Source: Dipteris shenzhenensis (lineage: Eukaryota). From it: a stretch of 64,000 bases of DNA. The notes under the pieces are model-generated. The model saw only the letters and a list, made by a program, of their open reading frames with translations. It made no database searches and was not told the DNA's origin. How positions within the stretch are numbered: the stretch's first letter is position 1; every line of letters starts with the position of its first letter. A program made the translations under genes and the position numbers. The stretch lies in NCBI GenBank assembly GCA_047967505.1, contig CM106538.1, one strand, 5' to 3'. Of this stretch, positions 33,139 through 45,650 are shown one piece after another.

Positions 33139-36100
33139 TGTTAGAAAAAGAGGGAGAGCTAGAGAGCTAAACGTTGTGCTTGCAATAGATGAAGTGAGTA
33201 GTACAAGAAGTGGGATAGGTTTTGTCTAAGTGACAAAACCTTATCCTTCACTAACCGTAGTAAGTGAACTTACTGTGGTTAGGGGAAAAAACCTCTAAAA
33301 ATGAGGGAAAAGTAGCCCCAACCTGCTTATTACATTACATTGGTCATTGCTAGAATATAATAATAGTTCTAACACCCCCCTACAATGCCAATGTAATGTA
33401 CAAGGAAATAATCAATCACCAAAAGGAGATAAGTTCAGGGCACTGCAAAATGCCTCAAACTTGTCACGTGGAAGTGCTTTGGTGAAGATGTCTGCAACAT
33501 TGTCATGTGTTGACACATAGATCATACTGATCTCTCCTACATGCAACTTCTCTTTGACATAGTGATAGTGAACCTCAATGTGCTTCATGTGAGCATGAAA
33601 CACAGGATTCTTTGCCACTGCTATAGCACTCTGACTATCAGTGAGAATCAGAGGACCCTCCAATGAAAGATGAAGATCAACAAACAAACGATGTAGCCAA
33701 ACACATTCAACTATTGCTGTGAAAGCTGCCTTGTACTCAGCTTCACATGAGGAGGTAGCCACTGTAGACTGTTTCTTGCTCAACCAAGAAATGCAACCAT
33801 GTCCTAGAAAGAAACAATTCCCAGTGGTGGACTGCCTAGTAGCATAGTCTCCAGCCCAATCTAAGCCACTGTAAGCATGCATCTGCAAGTCATCCACCCT
33901 TGGAAACATCAAGCCAAAAGACTTTGTACCTTGCAAGTAACAGAAGATGCATTTTACAGCCTACCAATGCATAATCTTTGGGCTGTGCATATACCTGCTC
34001 ACTTGAGAAACTAAAAACTAAATATCAGGTTGTGTATTGCAAAGATAAATGAGGCATCCAACAGCCTGACTATAGAGTGTGACATCCATTGATTCACTTG
34101 CATCATGCATTGTAAGCTTCAGCCCCAGCTCCATGGGAGTGGACATAGGCTTGCAATCATGCATGTTGAATCTGTCTAAGAGTTTTTGAACATACTTGGA
34201 CTGAGACATAATAATGCCACATTTCTCTTAAATAAACTAGATCCCCAAAAAGAAATGTAACAAGCCCAAGTTTGACATATCAAATGTAGCTTTCAATTGG
34301 GCTTTGGAATCTACTATTACTTCCTCATTTGATCCGGTGAGCAGCATGTCATCTACATAAAGAATGATGACCAAAATATCCCCCCCATCCTTCTTGATGT
34401 AGAGGGTGCTCTCAGTTGGACTATTGTGCAGCACCTTGCTAGTTAGAAAGGCATCAATTTTGGCATACCATGCACGTGGGGCTTGTTTCAGCCCATACAA
34501 AGCTTTATTCAGCCTGTATACTTGATGTGCATTTCCTGAAATTTCAAAACCCAGAGGTTGTTTGACATAAACCTCTTCCAACAAGTCTCCATTAAGGAAA
34601 GTTGTTTTAATGTCCAACTGATGAGTATTCCATTCAAAATTTGCAGCCATGGCTATAACGGACTTGATGGTGGTCATCCTGGATGTAGGAGCAAAAGTCT
34701 CCTCATTATCTATGCCCTTTTTTTGAGCATATCCTTTTGCAACCAGCCTTGCCTTGTACCGATCAATGGACCCATCTGGCTTTCTTTTAACTTTGAAAAC
34801 CCACCGTGTACCTATGGCATTCTTACCTGGCAGCAAATCCACAACATCCCAAGTCTAATTTTTATGAATGGACTGCAATTGCATGGCATTCATCCAATGC
34901 ACATTATCCGTTTCTTCTTCAAATGTCTCAGGCTCCTCCTCATCAAGAAGAGTACCTGCATAAGCTGATTCAACTGAATGAGCTCCCTCCATGTGCCTTA
35001 CTGCACTACGAGTTCTGCCAGGCAATGGATCTTCAAGCCTACTCTCCTTGAGAGTCTGAAGCAACCAATGCGAGACTGTTTTGGCTACGTGTATCTCTTC
35101 AATTTCTTGCCTGACAACTTCATCCACACCCTGAGGTTGTACCAATTCAACTGGGGGCTGAATCTGTACTTGTGGAGCTGGTAGAGGTTGCTATAAATTT
35201 TGAGTTTGAACGGGGGAACCAAATGCTATAGGAAGCATCCCCTCAAACACATCATCTGAAGAGGCCGGAATCTGAAATTTAGCATGTGTATCAGAGAATA
35301 TAAATCTCTACTAACAAAAATCTTGCATGTAATAGGATTGTTTAGACGATAGCCTTTGCTTTGTGAAATATATTCCACAAAAATGCATTTGAGTGCCTTA
35401 TTTAACAACTTGTGTCTGAACTCCACAGGCATGTGGGCATATGCAACACAACCAAAAACTCTGACATGGTCCATTGAAGGCTTTCTCCCATGCCATGTCT
35501 CATAGGGAGTGATTGTCTTCAAAGCCTTTGTAGGAGCTTGATTTAAAATATAGTTGGCACACATGAGGCCTTCCAGCCAAAACCTGTGAGGCAACTTCTC
35601 ACTTATAAGCATGCGTCTATCCATTTCCATGGCGGTGCGATTCTTTCGTTCAGCTTTGCCATTCTGTTGAGGTGTAAGCCTCACTGTAAGCTGATGCATA
35701 ATGCCTTTTTCTTTCAGAAATTTCTCAAATTCATGAGACATATACTCCCCCCCTCGATCTGTGCGAAGTGTCTGCAACTTGAGTCCTGTCTCATTCTCAA
35801 CCATAGCCACAAAGTGTTTGAAATGCATAAACACTTATGATTCTACCTTGAGACCATACACCCACGTGTAGTTGGTAAAGTCATCTATGAATGTAACAAA
35901 ATAGAGATAACCCCCAAAAGCAGGTGTCCTCATGGGACCGCAGACATCATTGTGAATAAGCTATAATTTACTTGTAGCTTTTACTACACCATCCTTTTTG
36001 AAGGGAAGCCTATGCATTTTGCCAAGAATGTAACCTTCGCATGCATGAGGAGGAGGCGACTCCAAAGGAGGTAATTCATCAACCATATCATGCTTTTAAA

Positions 36101-37021
36101 GTGTAATTAAGCTACCATAGCTCATGTTCCCATACCTGGCATGCCATAACTCCGCATTCTGCATCACAGCAGTGGGAGTGCTAACTGATAATGCAAGATG
36201 GGATCTTTTTTCATATAAATCAAGCTGAAAAAGACCCCGATACAAAGTGCCAGACAACCTCAAAGCATAGTCATTTTCTTTGTCTCTGACTGCACAATTG
36301 TCATCATCAAAAACAACCTAAAATCCTCCTCTATTGAGGGAGGACACTGAAAGCAAATTCTTCTTAATGCCTGGCACAAAGAGTACATCTGAAATTTTGA
36401 AATATGTGCCATCAGTGGATGTGAAAATAATGTCTCCCACTCCACACATTGAATAAGAAGAATTATCTGCATAAGTTACCTTCTTCTTGGTGGGTAAAGA
36501 ATGCAAAGTCACAAATAGACTTTTCTTGGATGTGATGTGCTTTGAAGCACCACTATCAAAATACCAAGTATGTAGTGTCTCATCAACACTAAAAGAGCAT
36601 TCATCCTTTGAAGGATCGTAACTGCAAGTTAAGAAAGCATATAGATCATCATCATTAGTGGCTATAGTATCTGAACTACCCACTGCAAAATCGGAAGTGC
36701 AAGACAAAAAGGCATAGTGCTCTTCAACCAAGTTGGCTACAATATCTCCTCCATCATGAGAATGTGGAACTGATGCATCTGACACAGCCATACCAGAATC
36801 CCTTTTCTTCTCTTTGGCTATGTGTTTCTTGCACTCTCCAATATAATGACCTGGCTTCTTGCAATAATGACAGATGCCCTTCTTTTTCTGCTTATTTGTA
36901 TCACCCTATGCCTTATAAGAAGGTTGTACAAAATTAGTTTTATGTTGATGTGTGGGTTGATTGGCATGCGACTTATGCTGCCCTTTGCCCTTGGGTTTGA
37001 ACTTGGAGAGCATAGCATGCT

Positions 37022-37947
37022 TGTGAGATATCAATGCTCCACTCTTGTGTAACTATGTGGGAACTAGCTAACTCTACTTGTAAGCCCCCCCATATGAGGA
37101 GAAGGCATTTGAGTAGCTAGGTTATCTGGTAGGTCCTGGTTTGGATACCAAATGGGGGCCATGTGTGGCCTGATGGTTAGACAACTTCAGATAGAGTTGG
37201 CACACTACCAACTAGGCTACATGCAAGTGTTGGAAGGCATCCCTTGATTGACCGCACTGAGGGTAGATGGAGCATTTCCTAGGGCAGCCCACTCTCGGGT
37301 TGTGGGGGCCGTTTGGAGCCCCAGATGATCCCAGATGGCTCTGGGCCTAATTCGGGACCGCCTTCTAGTCGGCCATTTTGGGCCAATTGGGTCAGTCTCC
37401 CAATTGGGTTTAACCGATTATGACTGATGGCTATATAAGATCAAGCCCGTGAAGCCCATTATCATCACTGGCTATAGCAACCTTGATTCCTTAGCATCCA
37501 ACCTCCGTCCTCTACTGTTTTCAGCATGCCATCAAAGCTTCTCACATAGGAGCGCACGGCTGGGAGGTAGCGCCATCTATTGTATCAGTTTTACAGTAAT
37601 CAAATTTTTTATTCTCCATACTATCTGCTTTTCTCTCTTGCATACGAGATCCTATTATCTGTTGAGCACAAACGTATTGTTTTCTTACATGTATCAGAGC
37701 TTGGGCTCTAGCAAGAAGATTTGGTAGTGTGTTTCTGTTTGTGAGCAGATTGTGAGAGATGGCCTAGCCCGCAAGACTGCGAATCCCACTGTTCGATGAA
37801 AGCGGAAAGTTGGACGGCACTAACTATCCATTCTGGAAGTTCAAAATGAAGACCATCCTAAACGCATACGAGCTTTGGGATACTACTACTGGGTGGACAT
37901 GAAGTCGGTTGCAAGACCGAATCTAGCCAATGCAGGACAATAGATAT
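37022..37947 (+). mobile_element. Copia family E 5' end: ~668-bp LTR (37022-37689), degenerate PBS, start of gag
   Basis: TGTGAGATATC...TCTTACA followed by TGTATCAGAGC; gag-like KLDGTNYPFWKFKMKTILNAYELWD from ~37759. Confidence 0.8.
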
Positions 37948-40234
37948 GTCGATGTACATTAACATGACCAATGCATTTATGCCAGATATCAATATCTACA
38001 ACTACACCGGTCCCATGTGCAAACATTGCTACACTCAATTTAGGCATGTCCGCATCCAACGTAAACATCCTGCTCTTCTTCTTCCCTTTTGCTATCAAGC
38101 GACCTTTATTTTTCATATCCTCAACAAAGCATGCATGAGGATTAAATCTAACCTACAAGCCCTGCTCAATCGTTTGACCAATAGAAACCAGGTTCTTGGT
38201 GATATTTGGGACATGAAATACATCAGACAAGTATTTCTTTTTCCCATCCTGCATAGACAAAGGAATTTTACCAATCTACACAATAGGATGTGTAGTATCA
38301 TCACCAGTCTCCACAAATCTTGGTCTTTCCATTTTCCTTGCATCCTACATCCATTCTACATGACCTGTCATGTGGTTTGATGCACCTGAGTCAACATACC
38401 ACACATCATGGCTTTCTTCAGCACTTGTCACAGAATTGGTCATGTGCTGCACCATAAACAAATGCTCATTTCTTTCATCACCCTGTCTACTAGAGGATGC
38501 ATAATTGCCTTGCTGCAATTTTCTAGTCATGATGTCATTTTGCTTTTTATAGCAGTCTTTAACCATATGACCCATTTTACCATAGTAGTAGCATTCAACA
38601 TTGCTGTTGGCATTTTGGCCTCTCTGCCATCCACCACGACCTCTTTGGCTCCCCCTGCCTCTAAAGTTACCACATCCTACTCCATAGGACTGGTTTTCTT
38701 GAATTTTTTGCATATTCTAATTTCTGCCACGGCCTGCGGATCTCAGCCTACTCTACCTCTGCCTCTACCTCTTCCAGCATTTGAGTAGAAACAGTTTCTT
38801 CTAAAGATCCTCCTAAAGAAGATGCACCACCATTTCTCTACTCTTCAAAAATTAGAAGAGCAATCAACTCCCCAAAATCAGGAAAATCCTCACAGATGGC
38901 AATGGATGTCCGGAAATGTGCATAATCTTTTCCTAGACCATTCAAGGTCATAGAAACTAAATCATCATCTTCCACTAGCGACCCAATGGAAGCAAGTGCA
39001 TCTGCAATCTTCTTCACCTTCATGTGGTAATCTTTGATGCTCATATTTTCTCTCTGCACACATTATGCAACTCCTGCTTGAGCTGCATTTTCTTGGCTTG
39101 CGTATTTGTGCTATACATTTTTGTGAAAGTATCCCATGCCTCCTTTGGCATGCTTGCATCCTGAATATGCACAATCATAGAATCTGAAATACTGATAGAC
39201 AACCAGTACATAACTTTTCTAGCTCTCTCATGCCATCCTTTAAATGCATGCAACTCCTGTTGATTGGGAACATTAGGAATAACCGGTTCTTGTTCAGCTC
39301 CACCAATGAACTCCCAATAGCCTTTTCCCTTAAGGAAATTCGTCATTCTAAACTTCCATGCTTGGAAGTTGTTCTTGTCAAGCTTTTCAATGACTATCTG
39401 TGAAAGAGCATCAGATGCCATTACAGAACACTAAAAAAATAATCTGTCACTACAAAAAACACAACTTCTGCCTCACAAGGGCAAATCTGCAAAACTGACA
39501 AAAGTGGTGTTTGACCATGCAATTTTTGTGGCAACTTTTAACCGACCTGTAGAACAGTGGTCACACATAAAAAACAAGGCGCTTTTTTGAGTGCCTGTGG
39601 AAAACTTCTACTATCAAAACGGGCCTCGAAATGGCCTTGAATCAAAAAATTAACGTCACTAAGGGCTTTGCCCTTACCTATAGCATATATTGCCCTTTCA
39701 CCACACTGCAAAGGGCGTCCCAATCTGAGACAGTGCACTCTTGCACTTTTTAGCTGTGCTACCTGCAGAGATTTACTCCAAACTCGAAAAAGGAAAGCAA
39801 CGCTGATCCTCTTACCAAAACACCGTGAACTTAGTTTGCTTTCTTGAGCTCCTTACCACAAACCAAGCTCTGATACCATGTGAAGAGAGTGGGAGAGAAG
39901 GAAGGAGGCTCACTTGTGGCTTTCTCACATACACAATGAGGGAATACACACAAAGGTGGAGGCTAAAAACAGTTTTCCTCTTCTTAGTTGTGAAAGCCAA
40001 AAGAACTCTCTAAGTACAAAAGGAATAGATGAACCCTATATGTGGGTCTCAAACCAAACTCAGCTAACCTAGGTGGCATACTAGTTAAGCCACTAACTAG
40101 AGTACATAAAGATAGTTGTCATCCAGCTATTATTCATGGGCGGTGTACCAACCACATGTGCAGCTAACAAGTCGGTGACATAAATGCAAAACGGTCACCC
40201 TGGCATATCACTAGTGGACCTCGATATCTCAACA
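37948..40234 (-). mobile_element. Copia B 5' half inserted in the 5' LTR of element F: LTR 39879-40234, PBS, gag, protease
   Basis: PBS rc GCTCTGATACCA 39867-39878; MASDALSQIVIEKLDKNNF gag; WYVDSGAS. Confidence 0.9.
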
Positions 40235-40390
40235 GTTTTGTCTGAGTGACAAAAGCTTATCCTTCACTAACCTTAGTTAGTGAACCAACTGTGGTTAAAG
40301 GAAAAAACCTCTAAAAATGAGGGAAAAGTGCCCCTAACCTACTTATTACATTACATTGGTCACTACTAGAATATAATAACAATTCTAATA

Positions 40391-43300
40391 GTATGCAGAA
40401 CTCGCATGTAGAACTTGAATGTAGGACTTGCATATTGCATGTAGGAATCGTATGTAAAACTTGCATGTAGACAATGCAAGTTGGATTTCTAAGAGGGATT
40501 ACTCCTAGCCTTATGCAAGTACAAGCAAAGCTTTGCCACTACTCTACACACACATTCTGTACTACCTAAGTCCATGTTGGCACAGAGACAACATACTCCC
40601 GGATCCATTTGATTACCCGTCCTCGGGTTATGGCTTATTTTGATTTTGGAGTTGGGATGCCATGTGCGTAGCCCAGTGGCGAGCTTGTGGCATGTGAGTC
40701 ATTCCTACTGTAATGCTTTTGCACCATACCATTTATGGTCTATAGTCAGGAAGCTTATCTCCTCTTGAGGAGGGGTAGATGGCTGTGAATTTCAGAGGGG
40801 ATCTCGTTGCTGCTACAGACTCTGCCATCAAATCTTCTTGGGAAGAGGTTTGGCAGGGGTCTCATTGTTGAGGCTGGCATTTCTTGCTATCTTGCATACA
40901 TGTTGGATGTGAATGCAGCCGTATCATTGAGCTTGTAGATAAGTTTGTATGCAAGTCTAATATTTTTACATTTAGGAGACAACTGTGATGTTTGACGAGG
41001 ATCTCGTTGCTGAGTCTACAGACTCTTTTGCCAATTCATCTTGAGTTTTGGCATAGCTTCTTGTCCTGCTTGTGAATTCATTGCATGCTTTGAGATTATG
41101 GAATGAAAGTGTGTGATACTTTTATTGATGCAATCTATTATGTGCCTATGCAAAATCGTGTGAGTGCACGTGATGTGTCGATTATGTAGGAACTAACTAT
41201 ATGCTTATTTGTGGGATTTAATAGGGAAACTAAGACTCAGTCATCCCTAATACGAAATTGATTAGGTCTTCCTAAATGTGCAAAAATGTGCATATGCCAA
41301 TGAGTGTGCATGTAACAATCTAAGGCAAACTATATGTGCAAAAATGTGCATATGCTAGTGAGTGTGTGTGCAACAATCTAGTGCAAACTATTGAAGACTT
41401 GGGGTTCCCAAAGCTTCATTATTGTTGGGGATGGCTTGCATGTTGATGTTGTATTGCTTCAATCGGCTCCCGTTTATTGTTGTGTTGAATTGGACTCTGT
41501 CAGATGTTTCTAGTAGCACAACTTGAACTTCAGATTCTTTTAGTGGTCTTGGCATTGCTATGGGTACACTGCCACTTGTGTAATTCTTGAAGTACTCCAA
41601 CACTTCTTGAAGATCAACCTCTGATGGTGTTGAACTAGCCTAACATGTGCCATGTGTACTAGGTGGCATAGTTTCATTTACCAATTTGTTAGGCTCTTTT
41701 TTACTTTCTTTTTTTGAAGTCTCTTGGTCGAGCTTCATCTGCACATGTGGCTTATATTTCCAAAACTTCTTACGTTGGGAACTGTGGGGTAACTTTTCCA
41801 CTGGTAAGGTGTTTTCAAGTAAGGGTTCATTTCCTGCGCATACTCCTTTTAGCCCCTCAAGGGATCATTCAAGAGGTGGTGGTTCTGATTTTGAGGGAGT
41901 TGGCTTTGCAAGATACAATTTGATGATCCTTGTTTGGTGGACTCATTCGAATTCACTGAAGTGTGTAGTCTTGGCTTTTCTGCGATTTCCTTCTTCAGAT
42001 TTCTTGCGAGATCTTCTGTTGTTATTCAATTTTTGGAGGTTCATTTTTGGGAGCTCGACTGCCATTAGGGCATGCAAAATGGCTAAGTCATTATCAAAGA
42101 TTTGTTCTTCAATTTCAGCATTCTCAGCGTCAGTTTCAAGGTCCCAAGGAAAATGTGAGTCATCATTGGTATGTGTACCTTCTTCAGGTTCATTATTCCA
42201 CTCGAGGTCAGCCATAAAGAATGGTATCTCTAGATTGATTGGTTCTTCATGCGTGAGTGGAGGATCTACCTGTAGCACCTTAGCATCTATCTGTGTGAAG
42301 ATGGGGTCTAATGAATGGCAGTTGTCGATGGTTGCCAATGTTTGTATCCAGTTAGTTTCATTGCTTTGTGAATTGCCCGCTATGGCATGCTATTGCAAGG
42401 GAGCTGATTTGCTGAGATTGTTGTTGAAGATGTTTCATCCAACGCTCTAGGCACAATTGGTTTTATAGCTCCTGTTCCCACATTCACCCTGACTATGGTG
42501 TGACAATTCTAGATTGTCAGTCTATCAATTCCCTAGTCATGGAGGACTGAGGACTGATGCTTCCCGTAACCAAGGATGTCCAAGTAAGATTTGATAGGAT
42601 TTTTTGGGGAGATCCAAGATTGTGAATTGAAGGGAAAGTGGACTCCTGTGACCTTTGTGGACACACCATTCACTATTCCCAAGGGTTTAGCCCATGAATC
42701 ATCGGCAAGGCATATGTTGGAATTAGCCTTTTGCATTGGTTGGAGACCCCATTCATCATACAGCTCCTTTAATAGGACATTTACACTTGCTCCACCATCC
42801 ACTATGGCTTGGACTTCATTATATGCCTTGTGGATCAAAGGCACAGTAATGTTGCATATGTCATCTCTCTTACCCATCCACATAGGGATATCTTCAATGT
42901 TGTTCATAGGTGGAGGGGGATTGGCGAGTTCAATCCATCCTTTGAAACTCTCCCACAGATTGAGACACTTTCATAGGAGGATTCCAATGGGAATTGACAT
43001 AGGGCAACTTAGGATGCTAGAGAGTGCAGCTCCTTTAAGTTGATGTGGCAGTACATTATGTTGTCCAGTCTATTGTTGGAACAGAGGCTCAAGTACAATA
43101 TCAATACTTTGTGGGGCCAAGTCATGGATTGGGTCTAGAGCTTGATTCTCAGCCTTAAATTGAGCTTGTTCCTTTTGTACCCATTGTTGAAGTGCTTGAA
43201 AATGAGCCTTCTCCACTTTTGCATTTGGGTATGGAGCTTCTTTTATTTGAGGCTCAGGAGATGATGTGGATGAGCTTGGTTGCTCATTGCTTGGCAAAGG

Positions 43301-45650
43301 TGGAGGCACTTGTGTTTTCTTTTTAAGAAGTCATTTTGGTTGGATTGGAATGTTAGGGTCCTTGGTGGCCTCTTTCTGCTGGCATGTAATTACATTAACA
43401 GGTTGTGATATTATGCTTGTCGTCCCCAGACTTTGATGGTCCACCCCAATGAGGCCGATTGGGACATCAGGCTTAACCTCTGTTTGTTGTGGGACCTTAT
43501 TTTTCATGGGACAATCCATACAGGCATGTCCTATGCCACAATCTCTGTAGAGTGGTTGGAAAGTAGCGAGGCTACCATGATGATGGCACTCGATTAGCGC
43601 TCGATATGTGTTGGGATGTACTTGATTTGCATATACTAGTATTAGTCTCTCTGTGCCTTCTACATAGTACACTGGGTACTCTGCTTCATATTCAAATGGC
43701 GAGTCTACTTCTTTGGCTTGTAATTGATGTATTGGAATTGCCTGAGGAGCTGGATTTGGTGCTCTTGGATACGGTCATGGATTCGAATTCCCAAGTAATT
43801 GTGGGACTTGTGTCCAAACAGGAACAGGATTTAGCCTCGGAGCTGGGGGTGCTTGTGCAAGTGTCGGTTTCCTGTACACTAGCATGGATGCCGCTTGGTA
43901 TTGTTGAGGTCGAGGCGAGTTCTTGCACATGTTGAAGATGCAATTGTTTTCATCATGGCTGTCGATAATGTAGATATGGCACCACAACCTTGGCAGTGGA
44001 TTTGCTTGTGCACTGATCCTGGCTCTTAGGACCGGGCACTCATTTGCTATATGATTGGCCATGCAGTGTGGAGACCAGACATTTTCTCGCCGTGGATATG
44101 TCTGAGTTGGCGACTGAGACAAGTGAAGTTTTTGTTCCATGGTCTGTATCATGTCTTCTCTCAGCTTCATGGCCATGGCCTTTAGGCGATCTTCATTTGA
44201 TGTTTCAGAAGTGGACTTGGATTTGTCCTTTTTAGAGTGCTTATCTCATGCACTAGATCTACCATCATCATTGCTAGTGTCAGAGTCGGTCATGCCATCC
44301 TCATTCTCAATGGCTACCGCATGAGCAGCACTGAACGTTTCATAGCTATAAATATTTTTCATATCCTTTTGGATTTTCTTCCTTAGTCCCACAATGAACC
44401 AAGCCGTGAGGTACTTTGCATCAGGACGTGGGTCACATTGGCGATTAATCTTTTAATCTTGCCCATGTATGTGCGTACATGTTCTCGACGGCCTTGTTCG
44501 ATCTTGCTTAGTTGGAGAGCAGGATCATCTTGTAGCCTCTCCGTTTGAAAGCACCTTTTGAATTCTGTTTGAAGCAAGTCCCATGTGGCTCGCTCTTCCA
44601 CTAGAAGGTCTAGGTACCATTCAGACGCTTCATTAGTTAAGGCCATGGGAAACTAGGCCACCTTGCTTTCATGGGATTGATCTCCACTTGCGCGGCATGC
44701 GGCATCAAAATGCTGGAGGAATTGGGCTGGATCTCCCATACCATAATATTTGGGAAGTCCTAGTTTTCCCAAGGGGCGCCTACCTTGATTGTTAATATTT
44801 TTGCGATTAAAGAAATTGTCAGCCTCTTCATCGAGGTCAATATCTCCATCATCATCGTGACGGCGTTCAGGCATGTTGTGGCATGGAGGTGTTAAATGGA
44901 TTTCCTAAATTTCAGGGGGGGTATTGGGATAGAGGATTGTCGGAGGTGGTGGTTCCAACAGAGTTGATTGTGGATTTGGTGAGAGCATTTGAGGGAGGCA
45001 TTGGCCAAAGCATAGCTACATGCAGAGTGGGCAAGAGTTGCAAAGGGTATCTCTACCGACAAGTGCGAGTGTTGATGTAGTTGTGTTTGAAGGGTAAGAG
45101 TGGTGTTAGTGTTGTAGGGACTATCGTGTTAATAATGTGCTTAATATTTTCCCACATGTATAGGGAAATGTGCTGGTGCAGACAGATCGTCACAATCGAA
45201 GGTCACAGCGTAAAGATATGAGTGAATTAGTACAAAACGAGACCCACACGGGGGTGCAAATGAGCGAGTTCTAGGGATGCCAAAATGGTGTGCAATTGGC
45301 TAGAAAAATACCCCGTAGCATGGTGTTACCATGTGTGAAATTTTGGTTCAAACAGGGTCCAATTTGGGTCCCAAACGGGGGTGCAATACGAAGTGTTGAA
45401 GTAAGGGTAAAATTGGCCTTTTTTTGGGGGGGGTTCCTTGGTCTTAAGGTTTGTCTGCATGGACTTTAAGTCCAACTGAGGTGTTTGAACTAGGTTAATG
45501 CCAGTTAGTCTAACTAGCCCTGCTAACCTAACTATCCTAACTATCTAGTTACCGTAACTAGACAATTACTACTAACCTAATTGTAAGTCTTACTAACTAG
45601 AGTTAACCTGGTTTCAATCTAGCCTAACCTAGGTTTAACACTAACCTAAC
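40391..45650 (-). mobile_element. Gypsy-type (non-chromovirus-like) element with gag and aspartic protease but no RT/RNase H/integrase core; putative PBS ~45270-45283 and LTR from ~45286 (continuing beyond 63865)
   Basis: Retrotrans_gag-like LPKYYGMGDPAQFLQHF...ALTNEASEWY...TWDLLQTEFKRCF (44383-44874); protease AIVDGGASVN (42533-42907); integrase-tail-like INGSRLKQY (41388-41603); CA-TTTTGGCATCCCTAG LTR/PBS-like junction. Confidence 0.72.

Larger units (their letters stand above)
33139..40390 (-). mobile_element. Copia family F, decayed, TSD GTATG; 3' LTR 33139-33374, partial 5' LTR 40235-40390
   Basis: GTATG at 33134-33138 and 40391-40395; PPT next to 33375; coding remnants: CHYCKKPGH, WYFDSGAS, integrase (35226-35834), RT YVDD (34237-34842), RNase H ADIFTKAL (33412-33936). 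Confidence 0.9.

Noticed and set aside
45480-45650. CTAAC-rich tract (also 63865-63960) as an interstitial telomere
   Set aside because: Irregular and not (CCCTAAA)n; more likely part of the Gypsy-type LTR.
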